Of a stretch of 64,000 bases of DNA, positions 55,272 through 64,000 are shown piece after piece (the first letter of the stretch is position 1; each line of letters opens with the position of its first letter). The notes beneath the pieces are model-generated. The model searched no databases. It was given only the letters and a program-made list of their open reading frames with translations, and was not told the DNA's origin. The stretch is from Bacteroidales bacterium (GTDB taxonomy: Bacteria > Bacteroidota > Bacteroidia > Bacteroidales > VadinHA17): assembly GCA_049792755.1 (NCBI GenBank), contig JBARBF010000024.1:5675-69674 (forward strand). Reading direction: 5' to 3'. The translations under genes and the position numbers were made by a program.

Positions 55272-56024
55272 ATGAGAAAGAATAAGGGCAAACTGACAGG
55301 TATTCTGGGAACACTTATTATTCATCTGATAGCTGCAATAATATTCATATCATTACAACTCAGGTCATTACAAAAAGTGATAGCATCAGAATATCAGGTA
55401 GAACTTGCACCTGAAAAAGAACCAGAGACAAAAAAGGATAAGATTATTGCGGTCCCTGCAACAACTGTTGAAAAGGTTCTCAAAGGTGATGAGGAGATGC
55501 TGAATATTGCCAGAAATCTGTCCAGCAAACCTGCTGAAAAGATCAATCCTTCAGATTATATCGACAAAGTCAAAGATGAGCTTATAAAAAGCGGGAAGCT
55601 TAGTGTTGATAATTATATAGATGAGCAAAAAAAACTGAATGAATCTAAAAGTGACGAAAACCTTACTCTTGAAAAGGATACTATCGGAGAGAAAGTAAAA
55701 GTCAAACCCAGTGAGTCACAGAAGATGGCTGCAAATTACAAGGGTCCTACAAGAATATATTATGATCTGATCGGACGCAATCATCTATACCTGCCAATCC
55801 CGATCTATAAATGTGAGGGATCCGGCAAAGTTGTTCTGTCAATTGAAGTCGACCAGAATGGTATTGTCCAGAAAGCACAAATCGCTGATAGAGAGAGTAC
55901 AGCTTCCGATCCATGTCTGATAGAAACAGCCGTAAATACTGCTTTGTTATCAAGGTTTAATCCCGATGCCAATTCTCCCAGGATTCAGCTTGGGATGCTC
56001 ACATATGAATTTGTGGCGCAATAA
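55272..56024 (+). CDS. TonB-C-terminal-domain membrane protein
   Basis: N-terminal TM (LGTLIIHLIAAIIFISL), a charged linker, and a C-terminal alpha/beta domain of about 85 aa (GSGKVVLSIEVDQNGIVQKAQI...) of TonB_C type. Confidence 0.55.
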   Translation: MRKNKGKLTGILGTLIIHLIAAIIFISLQLRSLQKVIASEYQVELAPEKEPETKKDKIIAVPATTVEKVLKGDEEMLNIARNLSSKPAEKINPSDYIDKVKDELIKSGKLSVDNYIDEQKKLNESKSDENLTLEKDTIGEKVKVKPSESQKMAANYKGPTRIYYDLIGRNHLYLPIPIYKCEGSGKVVLSIEVDQNGIVQKAQIADRESTASDPCLIETAVNTALLSRFNPDANSPRIQLGMLTYEFVAQ

Positions 56025-56035
56025 ACGCCTTTCGG

Positions 56036-56761
56036 TTAGAATAGCAGATTCCCCGATTCATAAGAATACGGTCTTATCACTTCCGGTGTATTCCGGTCCA
56101 TCGTCCTGGCATTGATCAAGGGGCTGACAGTATGAGCCTTCAGAATCTCAGAAGGAGATGGTTGCAGCATTTTAACAGTATCAGCCTCTGAGACAGAAAG
56201 ATCAATCCATTTTTTTTCTGAAGATTTATCAAGGATAACAGGCATCCTTTTTCCGGAGTTATGAATATGTGCCATAAGATCATTAGCTATTGTGGTAACT
56301 ATGGAGAAAGTACTGAAAACCTCACCGGTATTGTCCTCAATCCAGTTATCATATATTCCTGCGATCGATAATACTTCATTTTCAGAATGATATATATACC
56401 AGGGAATCTTTTCGTTTCCAATATGTTGCCACTCATAGAAACCTTTAACCGGTATAATACATCTTTTTGAACGGAATGATGTAGAAAAGGAGGGTTTTGT
56501 TGCAATACTCTCCGATCGGGCATTAAAGGTCTTAAACCTTATTATATTCGCTTCGTCAATACTCTTAGTCCAGGCAGGTATCAATCCCCATTTCAGGAGT
56601 AGAATTTCTGAAGGGTTTTCCGAACAGATTGCCGGAAGAGACGGAAGAGCAAAAGCATGATAATAATAACTGGGCCTGTATTTATCAGGATCTATTAAGA
56701 TGGCACCATACCTGTCTTCCAGTTCCTCCCTGATAAGGTTAACATTGACTGTAAAACACAT
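56036..56761 (-). CDS. SOS-response-associated peptidase (SRAP/YedK family)
   Basis: It starts MC.. (catalytic Cys2). ...FNARSE..., RCIIPV.GFYEW and ...MPVIL are SRAP hallmarks. 241 aa. Confidence 0.85.
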   Translation of the reverse strand: MCFTVNVNLIREELEDRYGAILIDPDKYRPSYYYHAFALPSLPAICSENPSEILLLKWGLIPAWTKSIDEANIIRFKTFNARSESIATKPSFSTSFRSKRCIIPVKGFYEWQHIGNEKIPWYIYHSENEVLSIAGIYDNWIEDNTGEVFSTFSIVTTIANDLMAHIHNSGKRMPVILDKSSEKKWIDLSVSEADTVKMLQPSPSEILKAHTVSPLINARTMDRNTPEVIRPYSYESGNLLF

Positions 56762-56763
56762 GA

Positions 56764-58074
56764 CTACCTGACCGAGTATTCGCTTAAAGTGGTTTTCAGA
56801 GGTATTGGCAAGGAATAATCAAAAAGGTCATATTCAGGCCATGCGTCAATTTTTGAAAGTGCACGCGACATCATGTTACTTATATATGAATATATTTCAG
56901 GACCATTCCATGCACTTGAATTGAAGAGAACAACCCAGGAAATTCCATCGGACTGCCGTTTCATCATACCGGTGCTGCCAGGAAAAGAACCTGTTCTCCA
57001 CCATGTGCCATCCATCACTGTCCCCTTCCACCCAACCGGTGCAAACCCATTATTATTATCTGTCATGAATCTGATACTTTGATCGGTAAGAATATCCGGA
57101 CGAGTACTAAAGCCATCAACAGCCAGCAGTAATCTCATGAGATCAGGTGCAGTTGCAACCCATGCCCCGGCACCTCCCAGAGCCTTTATATCATTCCCAC
57201 CATAACTTGGTGTTACCATTTCGCCTGTCCCATATATTGAAGGTTTCAGTACAATATCGGCAGGTTCATAGTAAGTAACCTCGAAAGGAGCCTTTTCTGA
57301 AGGAAGATTCCCTGCAATTTTCATATCATAAATGCCAAGTGGTTCCAGAATTGTTTTCCTGCAAAAATCTTCATATGGCATTCCCGATACTTTTTCTATT
57401 ACCAGTCCCAGTATACTATATCCAAGATTTGAATATGCCTTACCTGTTCCCGGTGTATAATGGAGTCTTTTCTCTAGGGCAAATTTTACAATAGTCTTAG
57501 TGTCTACCGGAGGTTTTATTCCCATTTTTTCTGCAACAACTAAAGGCATAAACATCTGATCTCCATAGCGTTGTGTCCATCCGGCTTCATGGCTCAATAA
57601 TTCAGCAACATTTATTCTGTAAACTCGTTTGTCTTTAGGTTCTCCGTAGAATGGATCATTCAGAATTCCTCTCGACCCGAAAACACTATCAGTCAGGGCC
57701 AGTTTTCCCTCTTCCTGAAGCTTCATAACACCGACTGCTGTAACCAATTTTGAAATACTTGCAATTCTGAATTGGCTATATGGCTGAGTTTCTGTTTTTG
57801 ACGCAGTATCGGCATATCCGAATCCACGGGCAAAGATCAGTTTCCCATCTTTGGCTATAGCTATTGAAGCTCCAGCAATTGACCACTTTCTTAAAAAGGC
57901 ATTTACTGTTTTTTCAACACCTGTAAACTCATTACCAGAGGAGATACTATTTGTCAGTCGGACATTTGTCGGGACCAGCTTATCAATGAGGACAAAACTA
58001 TTTTCTTTTGCTCCGGGATTAGAACTAATCAATAATAATAAGAGTGTAACCAACAATATTTTAACTTTTCTCAT
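56764..58074 (-). CDS. Serine hydrolase, class C beta-lactamase / PBP4*-like
   Basis: Signal peptide. S-x-x-K motif in FRIASISKLVT, a YSN element (KAYSNLGY), and a later GAGAW region. Confidence 0.85.
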   Translation of the reverse strand: MRKVKILLVTLLLLLISSNPGAKENSFVLIDKLVPTNVRLTNSISSGNEFTGVEKTVNAFLRKWSIAGASIAIAKDGKLIFARGFGYADTASKTETQPYSQFRIASISKLVTAVGVMKLQEEGKLALTDSVFGSRGILNDPFYGEPKDKRVYRINVAELLSHEAGWTQRYGDQMFMPLVVAEKMGIKPPVDTKTIVKFALEKRLHYTPGTGKAYSNLGYSILGLVIEKVSGMPYEDFCRKTILEPLGIYDMKIAGNLPSEKAPFEVTYYEPADIVLKPSIYGTGEMVTPSYGGNDIKALGGAGAWVATAPDLMRLLLAVDGFSTRPDILTDQSIRFMTDNNNGFAPVGWKGTVMDGTWWRTGSFPGSTGMMKRQSDGISWVVLFNSSAWNGPEIYSYISNMMSRALSKIDAWPEYDLFDYSLPIPLKTTLSEYSVR

Positions 58075-58351
58075 CAGCTCAAAATAATTTTTTACAAAAC
58101 AAAAATAAAAAGTATTCCATATAGTCCATCAAGATTAACATAAAAATTCCTATTTCAATTAATAAATCGGACTTATAATACAGCATTTATCATCTTGCAT
58201 TCGATATAACTATAATTATATGACTAAATTGTATCAGGCAAATCTTTACATTTTGGTTTGAATTGAGGTATAAACATAGCCTTTTACGAAAATTTTCATA
58301 ATCTGTTATGTATTATTAAAAAAAAAGAAGCAAAAAATTAACTTTGTATCT

Positions 58352-59803
58352 ATGCTCTCAATGAGACTACAAAACATACGGATTCTTTTTACAATTTCTC
58401 TACTCTTTGTATCGGGGGTCGTATGTTCACAAGTTACAAATTCCGACACTGCATATTATGATACAACTGATTATATTCCATCATTTTACAGAGGTGCGCT
58501 AGACTACAACCTGATGATAGCGGCTTCAAAAGGGTACACGCGGGAAATAACCCGGCTAATTTCAAATGGTGCCGATGTATTATCAGAAACTAATCAGGGC
58601 GCCACACCCCTGATTTTTGCAGTTTCGAATAACCAGACAGAAGTTGCTAAAATGCTTATTGATTACGGTTCAGATGTGGATAAGGTAACGGCAGAGAATG
58701 TTACTCCGCTTCTTATCGCCGTAAAAAATCAGAATGCAGAAATTACAGAAGCCCTGATAAGAGCTGAAGCTGACATTGATGTTACTGACAAATATGGCGC
58801 CACACCGCTTCATTATGCAGCTGTGTATGGATACTTTCAGATTGTCGATATGCTACTTTATTATGAAGCTTCAATTGATAAAAAAACAGTTGAAGGAACA
58901 ACTCCGCTTCAAGCATCAATATGGGCCGGTTATTCTGATGTTGCTGACCTTCTGATTCAGCAAGGCGCTAATATGGAGGCAAGAGATAATGAAGGGTACA
59001 CTCCTTTTCTGATAGCTGCAATGAATGGTGATACATTGACAATGAAGCTTTTATATAGTAAAGGTGTGAATATTTATGAAACCAATGCTTCGGATCACAA
59101 TGCCCTGACGCTATCTATAATTGCTGATCAAATATACGCGACAGCCTACCTGCTTAAAATCGGTGACAAATGGGCTGAGCAGGGAATTCATGCAATAAAT
59201 CCTTATACTGTTGCATTAAAATATCGTAGAAAAGAAATTCTCAAAATCCTGCAGGACAATAATATTCCGGGGAATATAAAGTATAAGATTGACCAGGTTG
59301 ATATAATGGTCTCATCCAGGTTTTTTTTACATGATATATATTCAGGAGCCAGTCTTTCGTTCAAAGAACCATATCTGAACGGAGGTATTGTTATAGGTTA
59401 CGATATAAAATTATGGTATACACGGGTTTTGCAAAAACAGTCTGAGCATTTATTCTACCAGTACTGGGATAAAGGCTCGGTTGTTTATGCAGGGTTGTTT
59501 AAAGATTTTGCCCTGACTGATAATGCGTTTAAAGCCAATTTTGGATTTTCAGCTTCAATCTCGGCAGGTTATACTTTTGGAAATGAGTTTAAGGGGACCC
59601 TAATCGCTCCTTCAAATAAATTTGTTATCATTCCTGCCCTGGCCTTTAAATGGACTAAGAAGGATCTGTCATTTTCAATTGGTGCAGATTATATGAAGTC
59701 TGATTTTTATCATATCGGACCTGTATGGTTAAGATTAGGTGCTTCTTACAATCTCTATTTCGATAATGTAAGAACAAAAGGGAAAAATCTAAAATGGTAC
59801 TAA
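58352..59803 (+). CDS. Secreted ankyrin-repeat protein with C-terminal beta-barrel-like domain
   Basis: Signal peptide. About 7 ANK units (G.TPL..A......V..LL..GA.....), then about 170 aa with alternating aromatic/aliphatic beta-strand patterning ending ..GASYNLYF....KWY. Confidence 0.75.
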   Translation: MLSMRLQNIRILFTISLLFVSGVVCSQVTNSDTAYYDTTDYIPSFYRGALDYNLMIAASKGYTREITRLISNGADVLSETNQGATPLIFAVSNNQTEVAKMLIDYGSDVDKVTAENVTPLLIAVKNQNAEITEALIRAEADIDVTDKYGATPLHYAAVYGYFQIVDMLLYYEASIDKKTVEGTTPLQASIWAGYSDVADLLIQQGANMEARDNEGYTPFLIAAMNGDTLTMKLLYSKGVNIYETNASDHNALTLSIIADQIYATAYLLKIGDKWAEQGIHAINPYTVALKYRRKEILKILQDNNIPGNIKYKIDQVDIMVSSRFFLHDIYSGASLSFKEPYLNGGIVIGYDIKLWYTRVLQKQSEHLFYQYWDKGSVVYAGLFKDFALTDNAFKANFGFSASISAGYTFGNEFKGTLIAPSNKFVIIPALAFKWTKKDLSFSIGADYMKSDFYHIGPVWLRLGASYNLYFDNVRTKGKNLKWY

Positions 59804-59811
59804 TTAAAACT

Positions 59812-60231
59812 ATGAAAAACTTATTCAAAATATTTCTGATAATTGCATTTATTTTCCTCTTTTCATGTGAAGATCAGGGACTTATTGTAAAATGCCCCGA
59901 TTGTACGACTGATGAACCGATAAAAACCGATCTTGAGATTAAGACTGATTTAGCATTTTTTGGGTATGAAACACAAATAAATATTTATGAAGGTAATATC
60001 GAGGACAGCATATTATACTTCTCATATAAAACATTAGGTACGCTGACTAAAATTAATGTAACACTGAATAAAAAATATTCAGCAACTGCAACTTATTATA
60101 TACCTGATAATTATTACATTGCCATTGATTCGGCTACTCCGAGAGTCAGATTTGATAAGACAAAGTGTGATAATCCCTGTTATTTTGTTTATGATAAAAT
60201 CATTGATCTAAGATTAAAATACACAAAATGA
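59812..60231 (+). CDS. Hypothetical lipoprotein
   Basis: MKNLFKIFLIIAFIFLFSC lipobox. It starts 9 nt after the stop of the ankyrin gene (the longer track ORF starting at 59794 would overlap it), so co-transcription is likely. Confidence 0.5.
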   Translation: MKNLFKIFLIIAFIFLFSCEDQGLIVKCPDCTTDEPIKTDLEIKTDLAFFGYETQINIYEGNIEDSILYFSYKTLGTLTKINVTLNKKYSATATYYIPDNYYIAIDSATPRVRFDKTKCDNPCYFVYDKIIDLRLKYTK

Positions 60232-60463
60232 AGACCACGAACAGGCTTTCAATGCAAATTGCAACCAGCGGAATAACTATCAGGACTCAGTCCCTCATTC
60301 CTCCCGCTATGCTGGATTCTTTACTTGTGACAACATTAAATATTTTGCATATTTAAAGACACTTAATCCATAGTAGTACAGATTGAAGTCTTTGAGATTG
60401 TGGAACTTGAATTTAAATTGTAATTTTATTGGTGAAATAATTCGGACCAGATTGAATTTGATC

Positions 60464-61176
60464 AGCCCCTTTAGGGGCATAATACTTTAAAGCAGGGCAA
60501 CGCCCTGCATATAAAAATAAAAGCTTAATGAGCCCCGTAGCGGGCGTAATACAATCCAGACTGACTTTTGACCTAACCAATTTTATTCTGTACCTTTTAA
60601 TAAGATTTCGTAAATTTGGTCTAATGCAATAACTATGTCACAATCATTTGTTCAAATCTATATTCACATTGTTTTTCATACCAAAGACAATGTAAAGTTA
60701 ATAATGGAAGACATTGAGAAGGAGTTTTTCTCTTATCTGGGCGGAATTCTTAAGAACTATAAATCAAACCCCTTACAGATTGGTGGAACCTCCGATCATA
60801 TTCATATGCTCTGTACCCTTCCAAAGACAATAGCTCCGGCTGATCTTGTAGAAGAGATCAAGAAGAGTTCTTCAAAGTGGATAAAAACCAAGGGGGCACA
60901 TTACAATAATTTCTATTGGCAGGATGGCTATGGTGGATTCTCAGAAAGTAATTCAGGTGTTGATGCAGTAAAAAAGTATATACTGAACCAGAATAAACAT
61001 CATGAGAAAGTACCATTTATGGATGAATATAAAAACCTTTTGGAAGCATATGGGATTTCCTATGAAGAGCGATATCTCTGATGTTTTTATTACGCCCACT
61101 TCGGGGCTTGATATTATTGTGGTAGTTCATACGTCGGGCTTGGCCCGACGTTAACATATATAAGGCCTACGGCCTT
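60464..61176 (+). mobile_element. RAYT-type unit: IS200-like Y1 transposase gene flanked by inverted REP-like hairpins
   Basis: Left: agcccctttaggggcataatac (60464-85), gcagggc-aac-gccctgc (60492-508), agccccgtagcgggcgtaatac (60531-52). Right: tattacgcccacttcggggct (61088-108), an inverted copy of the left REP, then acgtcgggc-ttg-gcccgacgt (61131-51) and aaggcc-tac-ggcctt (61162-76). Confidence 0.7.
60635..61081 (+). CDS. IS200/IS605-family Y1 (HUH) transposase, REP-associated (RAYT-like)
   Basis: 148 aa. YIHIVFHTK N-terminus, HUH motif DHIHML, and C-terminal YILNQNKHH are typical of Y1_Tnp/RAYT proteins. There is no tnpB partner. Confidence 0.85.
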   Translation: MSQSFVQIYIHIVFHTKDNVKLIMEDIEKEFFSYLGGILKNYKSNPLQIGGTSDHIHMLCTLPKTIAPADLVEEIKKSSSKWIKTKGAHYNNFYWQDGYGGFSESNSGVDAVKKYILNQNKHHEKVPFMDEYKNLLEAYGISYEERYL

Positions 61177-61424
61177 TTTCATCATATCTTTTCTTAAAGT
61201 CCTAATCCATTTACTAAATACGACATTTTATAAGTTTAACATTATCTGATACTCGCATGATTGTCATAATCCCTGATGTACAAAATATTTGTATGGAGAC
61301 TCGGAATCATAATCAATTTTTTTAAAATTATTATTGATAACCGATACTCAAAATAATTAATTTCACTCTCCTTATTCAATTCACCATATTTATTATATTT
61401 TTGATCATAATCAAATTTCTAACT

Positions 61425-61952
61425 ATGAAAAAGTGTTTTTATATATTATGTCTCATCCCGCTTCTTATTTCCTGCACTAACAACAGAGAAAAAAACACGA
61501 CCGGAAATTATGTTTCACACCGGGTTAAAAAGGAAGTCATCGCTTTGGCTACCAACTATATAAATGGGAAACTTAAAGCGCCAAAGAAGACAGTTTCAAA
61601 GGATGGAATTATAACTATTGGAGAAGATCAATCAAGTTATATAATAGACCCTGCAAAAATTTATTCAGGCCTGATCGATGATGATAATACTGAAGACGCA
61701 ATTATTTCAATTGATTATTATCATGGTCAGTATATTTTAATGTCTGAACATTTAATCCTCATAAACACTGAAGGCAAGCTGACGCTCAGCAGGGCGATTG
61801 AATCAGATATGAAAATTCTGGGAATTAAGGACAGGGTAATAACCGCAGAAATCTATACAAAGTCACGTAATTCCCCTCTGGGAAACTGTTCTCTCTGTAA
61901 AGAAGTAGTCAAATACCGGTTTAAGTCAGGAGACCTGATTAAGGTGGAATAG
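61425..61952 (+). CDS. Hypothetical lipoprotein
   Basis: MKKCFYILCLIPLLISC lipobox. No recognisable domain. Confidence 0.5.
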   Translation: MKKCFYILCLIPLLISCTNNREKNTTGNYVSHRVKKEVIALATNYINGKLKAPKKTVSKDGIITIGEDQSSYIIDPAKIYSGLIDDDNTEDAIISIDYYHGQYILMSEHLILINTEGKLTLSRAIESDMKILGIKDRVITAEIYTKSRNSPLGNCSLCKEVVKYRFKSGDLIKVE

Positions 61953-61984
61953 ATTAAAAGCTATTAAAGATTCCTGATCCTTCT

Positions 61985-64000
61985 TCAATTGTCCTTTTTT
62001 GTGTGTTCAAACACTGAAACTTTTGCCCTGTTAATACCGGCTACAACCAGTGAGGTATCTCCTTTGAAATACAACAAAGATTCTACCACTCCCTGAAGAA
62101 ACAGTCCGCTCTGAGAAGGAGACAATACATCAAAAGAGGGTTTGCCTTTTTCACTTCCAGCGCCTTTATTAATTAAGACCAGTCCTTTATTTGCATCATA
62201 GTATCCGGTGGACACATCATATGAATAATCATTACCGCCTACCAGTACATCGGGATAACCATCGCCATTAAAATCCCCGACTATCATTTTTTTAATCGGA
62301 GAAACCTGTACAGCTTCCGGTAGCTTTTCCCATCTGAATTTTCCTTTCTCATTCCATAAAATGTAACTCGATGTTGTATTGACATAAAGCTTAAACTGTA
62401 CCTTTTTTAAATGGTATTCATCCAGAATGTCGCCTATCGTGGCATTACTAAATGTCACATAGTCGTTGAATTTTCTTTTAAAATATACCGATTGCGACCA
62501 GAGTTCGTCGAGATAATTAACAGGGTATTCTTTCATTATTCCGTCCTTATCGGGCCAATAAGCTGTCATCAGAGGATCAATATTGCCGTCTCCGTCCAGA
62601 TCGACTGCATAAAGCTTTAAAGGATATTTATCGTTTACGCTGAATCTGTTATTATCACCAATATTCCCGACAATATAGTCCTGGTAGCCATCCTTATTGA
62701 AATCACCTGCGATAAGAGAAGACCACATGCCATGTTTTGCTTCCAACTCGGGTATGTTCTGGGGAATCAGCTCTTTACCATTCATGTTTTTCAGCAGTAC
62801 CAGAGAATTATCTTCTCTTGCGACCAGAAGGTCTTCCCAGCCATCGTTATCATAATCGGTCCAGACAGCATCAGTTACCATTCCAAGGTCCCAGCGCGAA
62901 GATGAATTAACTGTAAGCTTGCCTTTGTCATTAATAATGAGCCATGAGTGATTTGAATATGGAAACATTCCTTTTTTAACCCTGGCGCCAATAAACAAAT
63001 CCACATATCCGTCGTGATTAAAGTCACATGGCCTTATGACTGATGCAGGAAATGGAGGAACCGGAAGTTCTGATCTTACAAAAGTGTCATTCTTGTTTTC
63101 ATATAAATAGTGTTTATATTCATTTTCCTCTTTATTTTCATAACCACCTGCAACAGCCACAACATCATTTTTACCATCATTATTTATATCAACTACAGCC
63201 AGGTCAGATTCGGAGAATGGCTTTTGTGTTGTAAGTCCCTCAAAAAAGGCTTCCTCGAATCTGCTTCCTTTCTTAAGGAACACTTTAGTTGGCAAGGAAT
63301 TGGTTGCACCAATGATAATATCCTCCTGCCCGTCATTATTAATGTCTCCCTTTGCCATGCTTGGACCGATCTGTGAAAATTTATGAGGTATTATTACCTG
63401 ATTGAACGCGAAATCGTTAAAATCTTTCTGTTCATGAATATAATTTATAACATTCTCGCGCTTGTTAAACATAAGGTCGTTTTTACCTGATGTTTTGATG
63501 ACCGGATGCGATGGTACAGAATTAATTTCATTTATTTCAATTGTCTGATCAGCTTTAATATTCTTAAGAACCGAGGTATACCCGCTGGCAGGCCATGTTA
63601 TTTTTACCGAATCAATATTATTTTCCTTTCCGACTCCAAAATGGACAATCGGATCAACCGAAGAGGCGTATCCTCTTGTCAGATAATGTTCTGTGTACTG
63701 GTACTTACCATTGCTCCATAATTCTATCTTCGCCCCTATAGCCATAGTATTTCCGGTTTTGCCAACCAGCTTGATCTTTATGTAATTAGCGTCTTTTTTA
63801 GACTTCTCTACCGTATAATTTCTTAAAATAAAAGCTTCATCATTCAGATTATTTACAACATAGTCAAGATCTCCATCGTTATCGAGATCTGCAAAGGCAG
63901 CTCCGTAGGAGTATGAAGGAATCTTTGGAAGCCAGTCTTTTCTTTGAATGAAATTACCATCACCGGTATTCTCAAAGGCTTTATTTGGTATTTTAACTGC
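61985..64000 (-). CDS. CRTAC1-type VCBS/FG-GAP repeat protein with ASPIC/UnbV domain (5' end outside window)
   Basis: My translation shows the reading frame stays open upstream of the track start (63745) to the window edge: ...FADLDNDGDLDYVVNNLNDEAFILRN...GNTMAIGAKIELW. UnbV_ASPIC core IGAKIELWSNGKYQYTEHYLTRGYASS. Several D.N.DG..D FG-GAP/VCBS calcium-binding loops follow. Confidence 0.85.
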   Translation of the reverse strand, partial: AVKIPNKAFENTGDGNFIQRKDWLPKIPSYSYGAAFADLDNDGDLDYVVNNLNDEAFILRNYTVEKSKKDANYIKIKLVGKTGNTMAIGAKIELWSNGKYQYTEHYLTRGYASSVDPIVHFGVGKENNIDSVKITWPASGYTSVLKNIKADQTIEINEINSVPSHPVIKTSGKNDLMFNKRENVINYIHEQKDFNDFAFNQVIIPHKFSQIGPSMAKGDINNDGQEDIIIGATNSLPTKVFLKKGSRFEEAFFEGLTTQKPFSESDLAVVDINNDGKNDVVAVAGGYENKEENEYKHYLYENKNDTFVRSELPVPPFPASVIRPCDFNHDGYVDLFIGARVKKGMFPYSNHSWLIINDKGKLTVNSSSRWDLGMVTDAVWTDYDNDGWEDLLVAREDNSLVLLKNMNGKELIPQNIPELEAKHGMWSSLIAGDFNKDGYQDYIVGNIGDNNRFSVNDKYPLKLYAVDLDGDGNIDPLMTAYWPDKDGIMKEYPVNYLDELWSQSVYFKRKFNDYVTFSNATIGDILDEYHLKKVQFKLYVNTTSSYILWNEKGKFRWEKLPEAVQVSPIKKMIVGDFNGDGYPDVLVGGNDYSYDVSTGYYDANKGLVLINKGAGSEKGKPSFDVLSPSQSGLFLQGVVESLLYFKGDTSLVVAGINRAKVSVFEHTKKDN

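Noticed and set aside
1-64000. tRNA, rRNA, tmRNA or prophage/integrase content
   Set aside because: I noticed no T-loop/acceptor-like GTTCGAATC-type signatures in intergenic DNA, no rRNA-like conserved blocks, and no integrase, capsid or terminase-like ORFs. The only mobile-element gene is the RAYT-like transposase.

Overview
This is an AT-rich chromosomal segment with Bacteroidota hallmarks: lipoprotein and signal-peptide N-termini, CarboxypepD_reg, TonB and OMP beta-barrel genes, a VCBS/ASPIC protein, and M49 and S9 peptidases. I support about 50 CDS. I saw no rRNA, tRNA or CRISPR array. Main blocks: (1) 4.4-17.1 kb is a potassium-homeostasis island on the minus strand, reading porin-kdpF-kdpA-kdpB-kdpC-(HAMP-only membrane protein)-kdpD-kdpE, followed directly by a KimA-like APC K+ importer and then a DUF47/PiT phosphate transporter pair. 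KdpE-type TTTAYA-N5-TTTAYA direct repeats sit upstream of both the kdp operon and the kimA-like gene. (2) 24.3-31.6 kb is a six-gene complex-I / group-4-hydrogenase-like membrane operon. Its catalytic subunits have lost the NiFe cysteines and 3 of 4 proximal Fe-S cysteines, which fits an Ehr-like, redox-degenerate module of unknown function. I rate this the most interesting system in the window. (3) 31.9-36.9 kb holds a Schlafen/AlbA_2-wHTH gene divergent from a 1375-aa STAND-type P-loop NTPase with one TM helix, 14 highly self-similar WD40 repeats and an alpha-helical tail. It has no recognisable effector and could be a conflict or signalling system. (4) 38.5-39.15 kb is a 683-bp gene-free, repeat-dense spacer that includes a 176-bp unit closed by perfect 24-bp inverted repeats. 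(5) 60.46-61.18 kb is an IS200-like/RAYT Y1 transposase flanked by inverted REP-like hairpins. The rest is housekeeping: murB, mltG, ssb, iorAB, ggt, DPP III, an S9 peptidase, SRAP and others. Many intergenic spacers carry short degenerate heptanucleotide arrays or GC-rich palindromes. All protein calls rest on motifs read by eye from the supplied translations. No database search was run.
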